Assembly (NCBI GenBank): GCA_013239625.1
Contig: MU053559.1
Coordinates: forward strand, 1,539,088 to 1,559,087
Direction: 5' to 3'
From: Lama guanicoe
Lineage: Eukaryota
Length of the DNA: 20,000 bases
This document shows, piece after piece, positions 1 through 13,071 of this stretch; position 1 is the first letter of the stretch; each line of letters begins with the position of its first letter. The notes below the pieces were generated by a model. That model was not told the origin of the DNA, did no database searches, and worked only from the letters and a program-made list of their open reading frames with translations. The position numbers were made by a program, and so were the translations under genes.

Positions 1-45
1 AACATATGAATTTGGGGCGGGGACACAAACATTCAGTCCATAACA
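1..45 (-). mobile_element. MLT1A-like MaLR LTR, 5' terminus (cut by window edge)
   Basis: Reverse complement TGTTATGGACTGAATGTTTGTGTCCCC...CAAATTCATATGTT is the typical MLT1A/B LTR start. Confidence 0.75.
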
Positions 46-724
46 GCTGCCAATGCTGAGGAGTTAAATGTAATGTACTGCTCTTTTAAGTATTTTCTCT
101 GGACATCTCAGTTCTCATAGTTCATTGGGGGAAATTAATCCAGGAGAAATTAATCCTATAGTTAACGAGTTCTATAGTATAAAATTATCTGGGCTAGCAA
201 TATGATCTACAAAGGGGAAATTTAGGATTTATGTTGCTTTCTCAACAATTTCTGAAAGCTCTTCAAAACAAAAGGTGATAATGAACAATCCGGAGCTTAG
301 CACCATAATAATTTTGCAAAAGTTACTAGTTCTCAAAGTGCCCCAGATCACAAACATGAAAGGTCAAGTTTTAAACTACTTTTCCACAAGAATCCTTTAT
401 GAAGTGAGCTTAGTTTAGGCTGTATTTCTTTCTATAATCCTTGAAAGGTAGTGGATATACTTTCAAAATCAAAGAAACATTTCAAGAGTTGGAATTCACC
501 TGATAACAGCTACTAAACTAAATTAGGAATTTTTTTCCTAACAGAAAACAAAAGTAAACATCTTATTCTTTTACTGAGCAGTTATGTAAATTTTTCATGA
601 AAATTCACCCCCACAGATAAACATCCATAATGATAATCTGAGATGAAATAATGGAATTTATTAATTTTAATGGAAATTTGGTCTGGGTAGAAGTTCAAAA
701 TCAGACCCAGGAGCATAAGAAGTA

Positions 725-935
725 CTACATAGGTACCAGGCACCATTCTAAGTGCTTTGTTCATTCAGTCCTCATAAAAACCCCTCTGAGAGTTGTGTAC
801 TATAATTATCTCTGTTTTAAAGATGAGAAAATTGAGGCACTCAGAGGTTAAATAACTTGCCCAAGGTCACACAATTAGTATGTGCTTGAGCTGAGTCTCA
901 CACTTAGACAGTTTGGCCCCTAAATACATTCTCTT
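725..935 (-). mobile_element. MIR SINE
   Basis: Core AGATGAGAAAATTGAGGCACTCAGAGGTTAAATAACTTGCCCAAGGTCACAC is the reverse complement of the MIR core. Confidence 0.88.
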
Positions 936-989
936 GGCTGCTCCTTCATATTCAATCATATTCAAACAGAAACCAATGTTTACTAGGTG

Positions 990-2305
990 AATAAATTAAT
1001 GAAATAGAACAGAATTCAAAAATAGACTTATGTATATATTGACAAAGGTGCAGAGGCAATTCAATAGAGAAAGGATAGTCTTTTCAACAAATGGTGCTGG
1101 AACAATTGAACATCTACATGTTAAAAAAAATTGTAAAAGGAATCTCCATACCTTGTACCATATTTAACAATTAGCTCAAAATGGATCATAGAACCTAAAT
1201 ATAAAACCAAACACTCTAAATCTTCTAGAAGAAAACAGAGGAGAAAATCTTTGTAATCTTGGGTTGGCAAAGATTTCCTAGATGTGAAACCAAAAACACA
1301 ACCCATAAAAGAGAAAATTGGACTTTTATCAAAATTGTAAACTTTTGTTCTTCAAAAGACACTGTTAAGAGAAGACAAGACATTATTTGGGGGAAAAAAT
1401 TTGCAAGACACACATGACAAGGGACTGATAGCCAAGATATATAAAAACTCCCAAAACTCAAGAAAATAAATAACCCAGTAAAAAAAATGGACAAAAGATT
1501 TTAATAAACACTTCACCAAAGAAAATATATGGATGGTAAATAAGTACATGGAAAAATGTTCAACATAATTAGTCATTAGGGAAATGCAAATTAAACCACA
1601 GTGAAACACCACTACACTCCTATTAGAATGGCTAAGATTTTTAAAAAACTGACCATACCAAGTGCTGGCGAGGACGCAGAGAAACTGCATCTCTTATAGA
1701 CTGCTGGAGGGAATGCAAAATAGCACAGCCACTTTGGAAAAGAGTTTGGCAATTTCTTACAAGGTTTAATACACAATCAGCAATCCTATTCTTAGGTATT
1801 CATGCAAGTGGAAGGAAAGCTAATGTTTATTCAAAAACTTGTATGCATATGTTTATGGTAGCTTTATTCGCAATTACCAGAATTTATAAGCAACCTGAAT
1901 GTTCTTCAACTGGTGAATGGATAAACAAATGGGGTACATCCATATAATGGACTACTTACTATTCAGCAATAAAAAGGAACTCCTAATGCGTGCAATCACA
2001 TGGTTGAATCTTAAAAGTATCATGCTAAGTGAAAGAAGCCAGACTCAAAAGGTTACCAACTATGTGATTCCATTTATATGACATTCTCAAAAAGACAAAA
2101 CTATACGGATAAGAAACTGATCAGAGGCTGGAGGCAGGGTTGACTGCAAAGGAGCATGACGAAATTTGGGGGGATGATGGTACTGTTTCACATCTTGATT
2201 GTGGTGATAGTTACATGACTGTATTTGCCTATCAAAATTCATAGAACTGTACACTTAAAAAGGTTAAATTTTACTTTAGGGAAATTATACTTCAATTAAA
2301 ATAAA
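990..2305 (+). mobile_element. Old L1M (L1MB/MC/MD-like) 3' portion: decayed ORF2 C-terminus and 3' UTR
   Basis: TTTTCAACAAATGGTGCTGGAACAA, AAATGCAAATTAAACCACAGTGA, GAATGGATAAACAAA, ATGCTAAGTGAAAGAAGCCAGAC; ends in TATACTTCAATTAAAATAAA. Confidence 0.88.
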
Positions 2306-2809
2306 CAAACTACTTAAAATTTAAACATTGTTAAGTCCGTTTCAGGGCAACATACCTATGTAGCTGAAAGGTAATTTCATGAATGAGAATGGCAGTGGCA
2401 CCTAATTATAAAAATAGTAAACACCAGTACCTTGATCTTATATACATTGATGATAAGAGAAGGTGAAGTATTATATTTATATTAGCACATCATGTTGCTA
2501 AAAATGTAACCACAAAACAGAATTATGAAATTTTAGGCTTGGAAAGGATTTTTCATATCATCTAATCTGTTCTTAATCTAATTTGACATCCTATCATATT
2601 TCCTCTGTTCAATCAGATTTACCTGAATGCTTTTCACCTCCGCTCATGAGATGCTCAAAGAATCAGAGAACTGGAAAGGATCTTAGCGAATTGAGGACGG
2701 GAAAAGCTAAATGACCTGACCAGTGAGATGTAGTGCAGGGTAGAATGCAAATGAAGACCCCAGTCCCATACGTGCTTTCCCCTTTTCCCACCTCATGTGA
2801 GTAAAGACA

Positions 2810-3310
2810 GTGGAAGCCTCACACACTGCTGGCAAAAATGTAAAATGGTACAGACACTTTGAAAAACAGTTTGGCAGATTCTCCAAAAGTTAAACACAGA
2901 GTTACTATACGACCCAGGAATTCTACTCCTAAGTATATATTCAAGAAAAAAAAAACATGTATGACTGAAGCATTGTTCTGTACACCAGAAACTGACACAA
3001 CATTGTAAACTGACTATACTTCAATAAATATATATACAAAACAAAAATGAAAACATGTATGTCTCTACACAAGCTTGTATGTGAACATTCATAGTAGCAT
3101 TATTTGTAATGGCCAAAAAGTAGAAATAACCTGAAGGTCCATCAACTGATGAATGGATAAACAAATAAAACAGATAAAAAATAAAATGTACCTATAAATC
3201 AAATGAAATAAAATATCTATTCTGTTATGTTACTCGGCAACAAAAAGGAATAAACCACTGATAGATGCTGCAGTATGGATGAATTTCAAAAACATACTCA
3301 GTGAAAGAAA
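2810..3310 (+). mobile_element. Old L1M ORF2-end fragment, interrupted by a small younger L1 tail
   Basis: GTAAAATGGTACAGACACTTTGAAAAACAGTTTGGCAG...ATACGACCCAGGAATTCTACTCCT...CATCAACTGATGAATGGATAAAC. Confidence 0.82.
2964..3049 (+). mobile_element. Severely 5'-truncated younger L1 3' tail
   Basis: ACACCAGAAACTGACACAACATTGTAAACTGACTATACTTCAATAAA matches the L1 tail at ~16030-16075; TSD AAAACATGTATG at 2952-2963 and 3050-3061. Confidence 0.8.
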
Positions 3311-3349
3311 CTGAGTAACTGGGTAACTAGGATACCTTCCATACTTAAA

Positions 3350-3625
3350 AGGCTAAGAACAGCGTCCAGCCCCCTACTCAATGTAGACACTTCTTTCTAG
3401 TAGGTAGCCATCCAACCTCTGTCTAAATGTCTTGACTAACATGGAAATCAGTTCTTCACAAAGCCACCCCGTCCACTGATGAGTAACTCTGGGCATTACG
3501 ATCCGCCTTATATTACGACTGGTTCTGTCCTGCCCAACCTCTGGTCCAAGTTCTATCCTCAGAGGTGACCATTACCGTCTAAGCCCTCTTCCCTAGGGCA
3601 GGCCTCTACCTTCTTAAATAGTAGA
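3350..3625 (-). mobile_element. L3/CR1 LINE remnant
   Basis: GTAGCCATCCAACCTCTGTCTAAATG...CTGGTCCAAGTTCTATCCTC...GTCTAAGCCCTCTTCC resembles the antisense L3 3' region; highly diverged. Confidence 0.55.
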
Positions 3626-4115
3626 GAAATCTTTACCACTGTTTCACTTTAGAGCTGAGGAACCTGAATGGATACAAGACGAGCAGTCCATACTCAAAGC
3701 CACAATTTTCAACACCTATGCCACCATTTCTGTCATCTAAAAGAATACTGGTATGAATAATTAGAAAATGAAAACTACTTTCCTGTACCGCTCATCTTCC
3801 TTTTGTTTGTACTTAAATATTTCCTGGTTTAAGTCCAAAAAGCCAGTCCAGCTCTTCAAGGGCAAGGAAAATAATTCTTATAATTTTGCATCTTCCTTGG
3901 TGTTTGAGTACATATACTTTGAATAACTTGCTAAGGTATGAGAGGCAGAAGAGAGATAAGGATAAAAGCATGTCTTTCCAAATGATTTAAACACAGATCT
4001 TACAATCTACAAATATTTTTCATCATGTCAATGCAGGAATTGTATAGTAAGCTTTTCCTTTTTCAAGGTCAGCAATAGAAAATGAGCTTCTTGCACTGTT
4101 GATTACAGTATATCG

Positions 4116-4129
4116 GTTGCCATGACAAC
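4116..4129. promoter_or_regulatory. RFX X-box motif in RP2 intron 1
   Basis: GTTGCCATGACAAC, 13/14 match to the palindromic X-box GTTGCCATGGCAAC, in apparently non-repeat DNA. Confidence 0.55.
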
Positions 4130-6630
4130 ACTTAGTCCCCAAACATTCTTTCTAATTGAGACAATTTCTCCTAGCTTCGGTCCCCTAAGACTGACCCAAT
4201 TACACAACTCAAAACCCAAAACCCAGAGGGTGCCTCTCAATAAAGATACCCTGATTACACAACCTAAGGAAAAATTTAAACACCACTTTTCCAAGTTGCA
4301 AGGAAACTTTTCAGGCAATGCACTTTGTTTTTTTTACAGCTAAGTCTTAGAAACTGAGTGGTAACTGTCTGATATAAATTTAAAATTGTTTGCTATGCTC
4401 CATGATCACATTACAGAGACCTAAATTTCTAACACAAACCATTTTGTTCATATACATGCAACGTATTTCATTTATGTGTTCTGGGCTGTATTTGCATTCT
4501 ATTCCTTTTAAGTGGTACAATTAAACTCTTCTTGGAGCAAGCAAGACCACGCTGAACTCAGTAAAAGTTGGAGTAATACACTACCCATATTTGCACACTA
4601 CCCATATTGGTCTCATAATAGGTGAGGAGCTAGAAAAAAAATCTTTAAGATCACATAAAATTTAGCAGGCTATCATAAATGAGGTGCCCAAGAGTGAATT
4701 CCTAGTAATTCCAAAAGAAAAAGAAAACAATTCCAAAAAGCAGTGTCGAGAAATGTGGTATCTTCACTGTCTCTAAATGCAAGCTGGTAATCCTCTAATG
4801 GCCCCAAAGATTTTCAAACGGGGTTGTTCGCTTATTTAGTAAGAAAAATTTTGATTAGTTGAGTTGATCAAGATTTTGTTATACACAATCCGGAAGCATA
4901 TTCTACGCAACCCAGCTTATTTTTCATACCCAGTGACATCTCTTACACCTCTACAACTATAGTACTTAGTAGGGCTCCCCCAAAATGTTCCCTGTAAGCT
5001 CAAAGCAATGTCTACATTTCAAAGTTTACTATACACTCATTTGGGAGGAAAAGCTTAGATGTTGGTGTCCGCTATTCTTTTTCAATGCATTTACTTAGCC
5101 ACAGAGCAGAAGAAAAAAAAATCACAGAACACACCCATTTATCTAAAAGGAGAAAGACATGTGAGATTCCAACTAGCCCAAACATTATCTTAATAAAGGT
5201 AGCTGTAAGACAATTTATCATGAAGTAATGAGTCAGAGGGCAACCAAACTACTCTAAATAAAAAAATAAAAGTTTGTTAGTTTTAGCCTATGATTTCAAA
5301 ACCAAAAGTTAAAATAAAAATAAAATTCACAACCTTCTCTATGGCAGACAGTTCAAGCTTAAAGAGCATTGTTAGGAATACTAAGGCCAAGGAAATGAAT
5401 CTTTTAAAAACTGCCCACCAAATAACTTTAAATGATACGTGCAATCTTCATGTAAGACAGGAAGTACAGTACTTTCCACTCCTACATTATAAAATGCTGC
5501 TATCAAGTATAAATAAGAGAGAATTAATAAACAGATCATGCAACCCTGCAAAACACGGGTAGAAAGATGGGGCTGAGACGTCTGTAAAAAGCGTACAATT
5601 TCTTAACTTCTGACACTTGGAGATCCAAATTTGCCATGATTAAATTCTGCTGGGGATTGGAAATCACGCAGGCTGGCCTATGAAATCAAAACTTTAATAA
5701 GAAATTTACTATAAAGTATTCATGAATAGAGATACGTTGCATTAAGCAAGGAGTTAACTGTTCCTAATACTCATTTAAAATTTTTTCTCATCTTGTTTGG
5801 AAGAGAAAAATAACTGATAAATCTATCAAAGTGTTTTACTAAATACAAATGGAGAACTATGTAGAAAGAGGAAGCATTATGAAATTTATGACTAAGTGTA
5901 TTTTGTGCAAGACTAAGTGGACGTGTTCAAAGCTTTTTCGTTTCTGGCTATATAGAAAACTAAAAATATGGGCATTTTCATTCATTAAAGCAGCAGTAAA
6001 ATATTGCCTGGCTTATGCTGGTTATTTTCACCTTAGAGTCTTAACGCACATCCCAAGACTGATTCGACTTTCATTATTCCTTTCGGGTAACTGGAAGAGG
6101 AGGAAAGGCAAAGCTGTATGTCAAACGGTTCACTTCGTCATCGAGAAAATTCAGCAGTGGAATATATCAGGAGGCACCAAAGAGATTTACTGCCTAGGGC
6201 AGACAAAAAAGAAAACAGCCACAGAAAGAACATAAGCCGCGAAAGAGATGAGAATCAGTCCCATGCGTAACTCGAGGACTGGACAAAACCCCGCTCGACG
6301 CTGCGAGTGAAAAAGCGTAGATGTGAGATTTGGGGCATTCTGGGTTCTCCTTCCTTCCCTCGAGTCCGTCCTCAGACAGGAGGTCGGGATGCAGACAGGA
6401 AGGAAAGCCCCCGGGGTCCATCTACCTGGACGATCAGCGCTAAGGTCCCCGCCAGCGCTGCAAAGCCCTCCGCGGTGCCCTCTCCAGCGCTCGATTTCAC
6501 GGCTCCCCCCGAAGTCATTCACTCGGACTTCAACTACTCGCGGGGGAGCGCGCGCGCGCAAGAGCGGCTGCTGCCGGGGCGGCCCCCTCGGCGCTGCCGA
6601 GCGGCTCGGGAGGGCTGAGACCAGCGCCTA

Positions 6631-7134
<504 letters not shown>

Positions 7135-7329
7135 TTACCAAGTTTTAGGCGCGGGAGGGCTCCCTAGTTGAACACTAGACTTCAGCTTTGTGATGCAGTT
7201 GGTGAGGAAACAGGAATTCCTGCTGACGCAGGAAGAGCCCTGAAACTCTCATTCCTCACTCCTCTTATCGCCCCATCACCCATCCATCACCCGTCCCCTG
7301 CTTCCAAGTCGTCTGGCCAGTGTCATGCA

Positions 7330-7573
7330 CTTGGGAAATTTCCCCAGCAACCTTCCCGACCCTCCTTGCCCTCTCTTCTGTGCTCTCTTAGTACTTCCAC
7401 GTATCACTCTAAAATTGAACAAGAACTTAGTAAAATAACTATTTGTGTATTGTCTCCCTATTGGAATTGTGAATTTCTTGAGACCAAAAGGCCGGTCCTT
7501 TTTTTTTTTTTAACCCCTCAGGCCTGGCCCAACTCCACACTAGTTGCTCAATAAAATGTTTGTCGAAAGAATG
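7330..7573 (+). mobile_element. L2 LINE 3' end
   Basis: TGTCTCCCTATTGGAATTGTGAATTTCTTGAG...TAGTTGCTCAATAAAATGTTTGTCGAAAGAATG is a typical L2 terminus. Confidence 0.7.
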
Positions 7574-8789
7574 CTTGCATGCTAGTGAAGGACACATTTA
7601 CAACCTTTCCCTATTCCTTCGTAAAGAAAGTGACCAAAGAGTGTGTGTGGGTGGGTGGTGGGGGTTCTCCTCTTGGAGATTATAGCCCAGTGGAGGACAC
7701 AAGCACTGCCATATAAACTATCAGATCTGTTCTAAGCAACTTGTTGGTTAAATTCTCTGGGCACAGTATTTGGGCATTTGGTAGGACATCAAATGCAGAT
7801 TAGTTTCGGTTCAAACTTGGTTATCTTTTTACTTTCTCACACTTACATCTAGTGTATATGCTAAATGAGCCTCTGACTTAACTTGAGCATTAAGAATGTT
7901 CTCTTTTTCACTTCCTGCCTTCCTGCCTTTTATTGCACAATCAGGAAGAAAAGTACATGTGCTCAAGTATTAGAAATGATTGTAAACGTAAGTTCCAGAT
8001 CTTAGGCAATAGGGTCTTTACCCGGTGCACACTTTTTCTTCTTCTGAGTGAGATCAAAAGTCTGTGAGAGGATGTTTTGGATAAGACCCTCAGATGTTTT
8101 ATATTCATAGAAGGTTAAAATTGTGACCACCGTGTAGTACAGTGGAGGCAACAGAGGGCCACAGAGGGGAAGGGACTAACCACTGTGTGGTCACAATGAG
8201 AGTGGGTGAGCAGGGAATAGGAAAACCCAGAACCTGTGTTGTCCAGTGCTCCCTCTGCCTGAATTTGTTCCTCTCTGATTCATCTGAAAGAAAGAAGTAA
8301 AGAATTATCTGCTTAGACCTTCTGATGCCTGTGGGATCTCTGTCCCACAGTGATGCTGTTCCTCTTAATGAACAAACAAAACTAATTTTAGAGAAACAAT
8401 GCCTAAAATAGTTTTGAAGTATTCATTAATGAGAAACTGAAACCTAAAATAAACTCTATATTCAACAGTGATCTTTTCAGGGACCCTTAAACAAAAGTGA
8501 CGATAAAGTCCCCTTTCCGTTAAATCCCATCCCACCAGCACCCCTGACCAATATTAAGGAAAATTAAATTATTTAAACTGGGGACTGGAAACCAATGAAC
8601 CTATGCTAGAGTTTTCATGCTTTCCCTTTTTCTTATTTTTTCTTCCTTTTCTCCTCCTCTCTCCTCCCTCCCGGCCCCAGTGGATTCTCACCACCACTTT
8701 TCTCTGCAAACCAGCTCTCTTTATTTACTCATCAGCATATACATGTCTGAGAACAGTCATCCCATCCTGATTTGTCATGGCCTTTCTGT

Positions 8790-8960
8790 CCAAGAGCATG
8801 CTACCATCTCCTTATATCTTAGTTCAGATTCTCCAGGGAGATAACTAGATAAATTGCTGGCCAATCAATAATAGAATGGCTACCCATCGGACAAGCGTAC
8901 ACCCCTAGTCTACTTGCTGCAGCCGCAAGGGTGAGTTCCATATTACAAACACGAGTGGGG
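8790..8960. mobile_element. Possible old MLT1J/K-like LTR fragment
   Basis: TCAGATTCTCCAGGGAGA...GGACAAGCGTACACCCCTAGTC...CATATTACAAACA loosely resembles old MLT1 LTRs. Confidence 0.35.
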
Positions 8961-9379
8961 AGCAGGTCCAGAAAAGGGCACAGGTGCGAGCAGTCCTAAC
9001 TGCACAGAGTCCAGACAGAAATTGGTGGCTCCTTCTGCCTATACTTCTCCTGCTCTTTATACTCCTGTGGCTTCTTTTCTATAGAAAGCTGCCCTTCATT
9101 TTCAGCTGAATAAACATAGGTTCATCTGTACTAAAAAGTTGGATTGTGGGTTTGCATCTGGCCATGGGCTCCAGAGATGGTCTGGGTCCCCCTGTGTGTC
9201 TTGACCACAGAAGTGACATAGTTACCTCTCAGAAGACAAATCTTCACAACATGAATAAGCCAATTACCCCAGCAAAAATGGCTGGAAATGTCCCTATTCT
9301 TGAGTTGACCTGACACATGCTGGCTTACTCTGTACGCATCTACGGAAACACTTTACAAGTGAAGAAGGGAGCGGAGAAG

Positions 9380-10670
9380 TGTTTCCATTACCTATTGTTG
9401 CGTAACAAACCACTTGAAACTTAATGGCTTATGACAATGATCATTTATTTTCCTTATGAATCTGCAGTTTAGGCAGAGCTCAGTGGGGACAGCTCAACTC
9501 TGTTCTATTCTGTGCCCAGGGCCTCATCTGGAGCTGGGATGACTCGCTGGGGGACTAGTCAGGAATCTTTTATTTATTTACTTATGAAAGTATAGTCAGT
9601 TATAATGCGTCAATTTCTGGTGTATAGCATAATGTTTCAGTCATACATATACATACATATATTTGTTTTCATATTCTTTTTCATTATAGCTTACTACAAG
9701 ATATTGAATACAGTTGCTCATGCTATACAGAAGAAACTTGTTATCTGTTTTATATATACTAGTTAATATTTGCAAATCTCAAACTCCCAATGTATGCCGT
9801 CCCACCCCTTTTCCTCCTGGGAACCATAAGATTGTTTATTATGTCTGTGAGTCTGTTTCTGCTTTGTAGATAAGTTCATTAATGTCTTCTTTTTTCTTTT
9901 TTTAGATTCCACATATGAGTGATATCATACGGTATTTTTCTTTCTCTTTCTGGCTTACTTCACTTAGAATGATGATCTCTAGGTCCATCCATGTTGCTGC
10001 AAATGGCATTATTTTCTTCTTTTTATGGCTAAGTAGTACTCCATTGTATAAATATACCACAGCTTCTTTATCCAGTCATCTGACCATGGACATTTAGGTT
10101 GTTTCCATGTCTTGGCTATTGTAAATAGTGCTGCTATGAACATTGGGGTGCATGTCTCTTTTTGAATTAGAGTTCCCTCCAGATATATGCCCAGGAGTGG
10201 GATTGCTGAATCATACGGTAAGCCTATTTTTAGTTTTTTGAAGAATCTCCATACTGTCCTCCACGATGGCTGCACCAAACTACATTCCCACTAAAAAATA
10301 GGAGGCTTCCCTTTTCTCCACACCCTCTCCAGCATTTATCACTTGTGGACTTTTGAATGATGGCCATTCTGATTGGTGTGAGGTTATAGCCAGGAACTGT
10401 TTTAAATGAAATCTCAGGGCCTCTCCTTGTGATCTCTCCAGCAAGATGGCCTTAAGGTAGTCAGGGCTTTAGGAATAAGTATTCCATGAGACCAAGGCAG
10501 AAGCAGCAGCGCTTCTTATAATATAACTTCAGAAATCATACATCACTTCCACTGGATTCTACTAATCACGCAGGGCTGGCCCTGATTCACTAAAGGAAGG
10601 GACTAAACAAACAAATGAATACTGAAAGGTGCAGGTCTTTGGGGTGTCATCTCAGAGGCTGGCTACCATA
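9380..10670 (-). mobile_element. MLT1F/G/H-class MaLR LTR split by an L1 (halves 9380-9567 and 10387-10670)
   Basis: Left half has CTATTGTTGCGTAACAAACCAC...AACTTAATGGCTTA. Right end reverse complement is TATGGTAGCCAGCCTCTGAGATG, an MLT1F-like start. Confidence 0.72.
9570..10386 (-). mobile_element. 5'-truncated artiodactyl/camelid L1 (ORF2 C-terminus + 3' UTR)
   Basis: ORF 10009-10278 gives [35 protein letters not shown] (L1 ORF2 C-terminus). T-rich tail on the left; imperfect TSD TAG(T/C)CAGGAA at 9556-9565 and 10387-10396. Confidence 0.93.
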
Positions 10671-11487
10671 GCGGGAGTTAATTCTGTCAACAGTATTACA
10701 TATACATTGAAGAAGAGGATTGGAAGGTTTTTAAAAATTGTACAAGCAGATACTTTGTTTTCTTTTAATAGATTTTTGACCCAACATCTCTTGTCATACT
10801 TTAACTTTTAGGTAGTCTTCACCAATTTTCTTTTACCATCATATTAATCAGTTCTAATTATTTTCAAAAGCATCAACAATTGTACGTAATCAGGTTATGA
10901 AGACTATGTATTTTTCTGACTGTTCTTAGCATCGAGTATCTTGTTCACTGTTGCTGGTAAAATTCTTAATGCAAGCTCAGTAAAAAAATATTTGGAAGTT
11001 AGTATAGAAAAGGAATAACAGAGCAAACAGGCTTTTAACTCAGATAGGGGTGGGGAGGGTGGAAAAGTCAAGAAAGGCATCTCAGAAGTGAATGCCTTTA
11101 GCAGCATAAAATAAAAATCATTCCTGTAACTGTTACAGCAAAGCAGTTCCAATGGAAACTATTTAAAAAATATTTTCTGGACTGAAAAGCATTTTTTTCT
11201 AGTGGAATTTCTATTTTCCAAACCTTCATTTCAATACTTTTCAGGAAAGGGATGAACTGTGATCAAACTAAAACCATAGAGATAATCAAAGTGTGCTAGT
11301 TCATAAAATTTGTCTTTATCCTGGGGATTTTATTAATAAAAGAGTTACTTCCCATTTCACCCAAGCTGGAGATTATATTTCCTAGTTTCCTCTACACACA
11401 TAGACCAAAAATAAACTCCCCATGATTGTTACTTGTCGACAGTTGTGTAGTATACAATTCCAAAACAGTCAGTAAGAAAGATTGGGG

Positions 11488-11611
11488 TCCTTGTAATGGC
11501 CTATAATGAAAAAGAAAATGAAAAGAAATACGTATATATATATATGAATCACTATGCTGTAGACCAGAAATTAACACAACATTGTAAATTGACCATTAAA
11601 ATTTTTTTAAA
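11488..11611 (+). mobile_element. Short 5'-truncated L1 3' tail
   Basis: TTGTAATGGCCTATAATGAAAAAGAA...CCAGAAATTAACACAACATTGTAAAT; TSD AAGAAAGATT at 11474-11483 and 11612-11621. Confidence 0.82.
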
Positions 11612-12049
11612 AAGAAAGATTTAGGCAGGAAAACTGAGGGTTCCAGGCCAAAATTTTAGTAAAAGAATATTTAATAACGTTTCCTAAATCTTACACTAGG
11701 AAATGGCTAATAATCATATAGATGGCCAATACTTAAGCAGGCCTGAATGTCCCTGGGAACTTCAAGAGTAAGATTTTTTTCCCGCTCACACTTCTCCTTC
11801 TCCCATAGTTCCTGACAAAATCTGGGCTCATTCTTGACAAAATCTTCCCTAAGAGCCACTCTGCTAGGGTTTGTACAATTCCCCTCGCCTCACCTCCCAA
11901 CCACGAATACCCAGCTGCACAGTACATTCTAAGACCAGGATGAGAAAGTGAATCAGCGAGGAAAACATCTCTTCAGCACTTCTTTTATTCATTTACTAAT
12001 TCTTGGGGTGCTAAGAATGGCACCAAATAAACAACAGCTCACTCTGAGA

Positions 12050-12212
12050 AATCTAGGATGTGTAGAGTTTGCAGTTTATACAATTTGGGTTGGGTCCTTG
12101 CTAAGAAAAATAATACAAATTAAGAATACAAAATTGCCTGAGGTGTGTACAGGACCCATGCAAATGGAGGACCCTAAAGTTTGCGTTCCATTTGTTATAC
12201 CATGAGCCATTT
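12050..12212 (+). mobile_element. MER53-like hAT non-autonomous DNA transposon
   Basis: TTTATACAATTTGGG..GGTCCT..TAAGAAAAATAATACAAATTAAGAATACAAAATT...GACCCATGCAAATGGAGGACCCTAAAG follows the recalled MER53 consensus. Confidence 0.65.
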
Positions 12213-12234
12213 GTCAAAAGGTATTGGTGAGGCA

Positions 12235-12308
12235 GGGGGTGGATCAGTATGGCTCAGTGGTAGAGCACATGCTTAGCATACAGGAGGTCCTGGGTTCAAT
12301 ACCTAGCA
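12235..12308 (+). mobile_element. tRNA-derived SINE head (camelid Vic-1-like), lacking tail
   Basis: TGGCTCAGTGGTAGAGCACATGCTTAGCATACAGGAGGTCCTGGGTTCAAT with A and B boxes; homologous to 14810-14882. Confidence 0.8.
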
Positions 12309-12727
12309 GAAAGATATTAGAGATATTACCTCTTGGGAAGCCAGGATCTAAATTCACACATAATACATATTTTTCATATACTAATTGGCTTTAGAATATA
12401 TACATACAGCATATTATACAGACAAAGGACTAAGAAGACCATATTTTCCCGGCAATATTGCAAATCTGCCACAATTTATGAAAAACCTCAATGGGAACAG
12501 AGAACCCATAGGTATAGGCTGATGATAGCCAATCAGCTACTGGAGCCAGATATGCAAAGAAGAGAATTCCCCATGCAAATTTACTGACCGGTTAACAATT
12601 CACAGAGACAACTACATAACCAGACGTTTGGACGACTAGAGGTGCAAATTTGGTCAAATTTTTTAAAAAAATTTTCCTATGACTCAATATCGCTATTAGA
12701 GAAAGGCAGATCAAAACTGCAATGAGG

Positions 12728-13071
12728 AAAAAAAACATAAATACAAAACAGAAATAGATTCAGAGACATAGAATACAAACTTGTGGTTGCCAAGGGGGAG
12801 GGGAGTGGGAAGGGACAGACTGGGAGTTCGAAATTTGTCGATACTGACAAGCATATGTAGAACAGATAAACAAGATTATACTGTATAGGACAGGGAAATA
12901 CATACAAGATCTTGTGGTAGCTCACAGTGAAAAAGAATGTGACAATGAATATATGTATGTTCATGTATAACTGAAAAATTGTGTTCTACACTGGTAATTG
13001 ACACAACATTGTAAAATGACTATAACTCAATACAAGAATTAAAAAAAAAACTCAATAAAAATGTTTTAAAA
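12728..13071 (+). mobile_element. Younger L1 3' UTR nested in the older L1
   Basis: ACAGAAATAGATTCAGAGACATAGAATACAAAC...ACACAACATTGTAAAATGACTATAACTCAATA plus A tail; perfect 15-bp TSD AAAACTGCAATGAGG at 12713-12727 and 13072-13086. Confidence 0.9.

Noticed and set aside
5849..6235. 128-aa ATG ORF antisense to RP2 intron 1
   Set aside because: No recognisable homology or splice structure; compatible with chance.
12420..12660. Octamer ATGCAAAT (12573-12580) and CCAAT cluster
   Set aside because: Short motifs expected by chance in AT-rich DNA; no snRNA gene or other supporting context.
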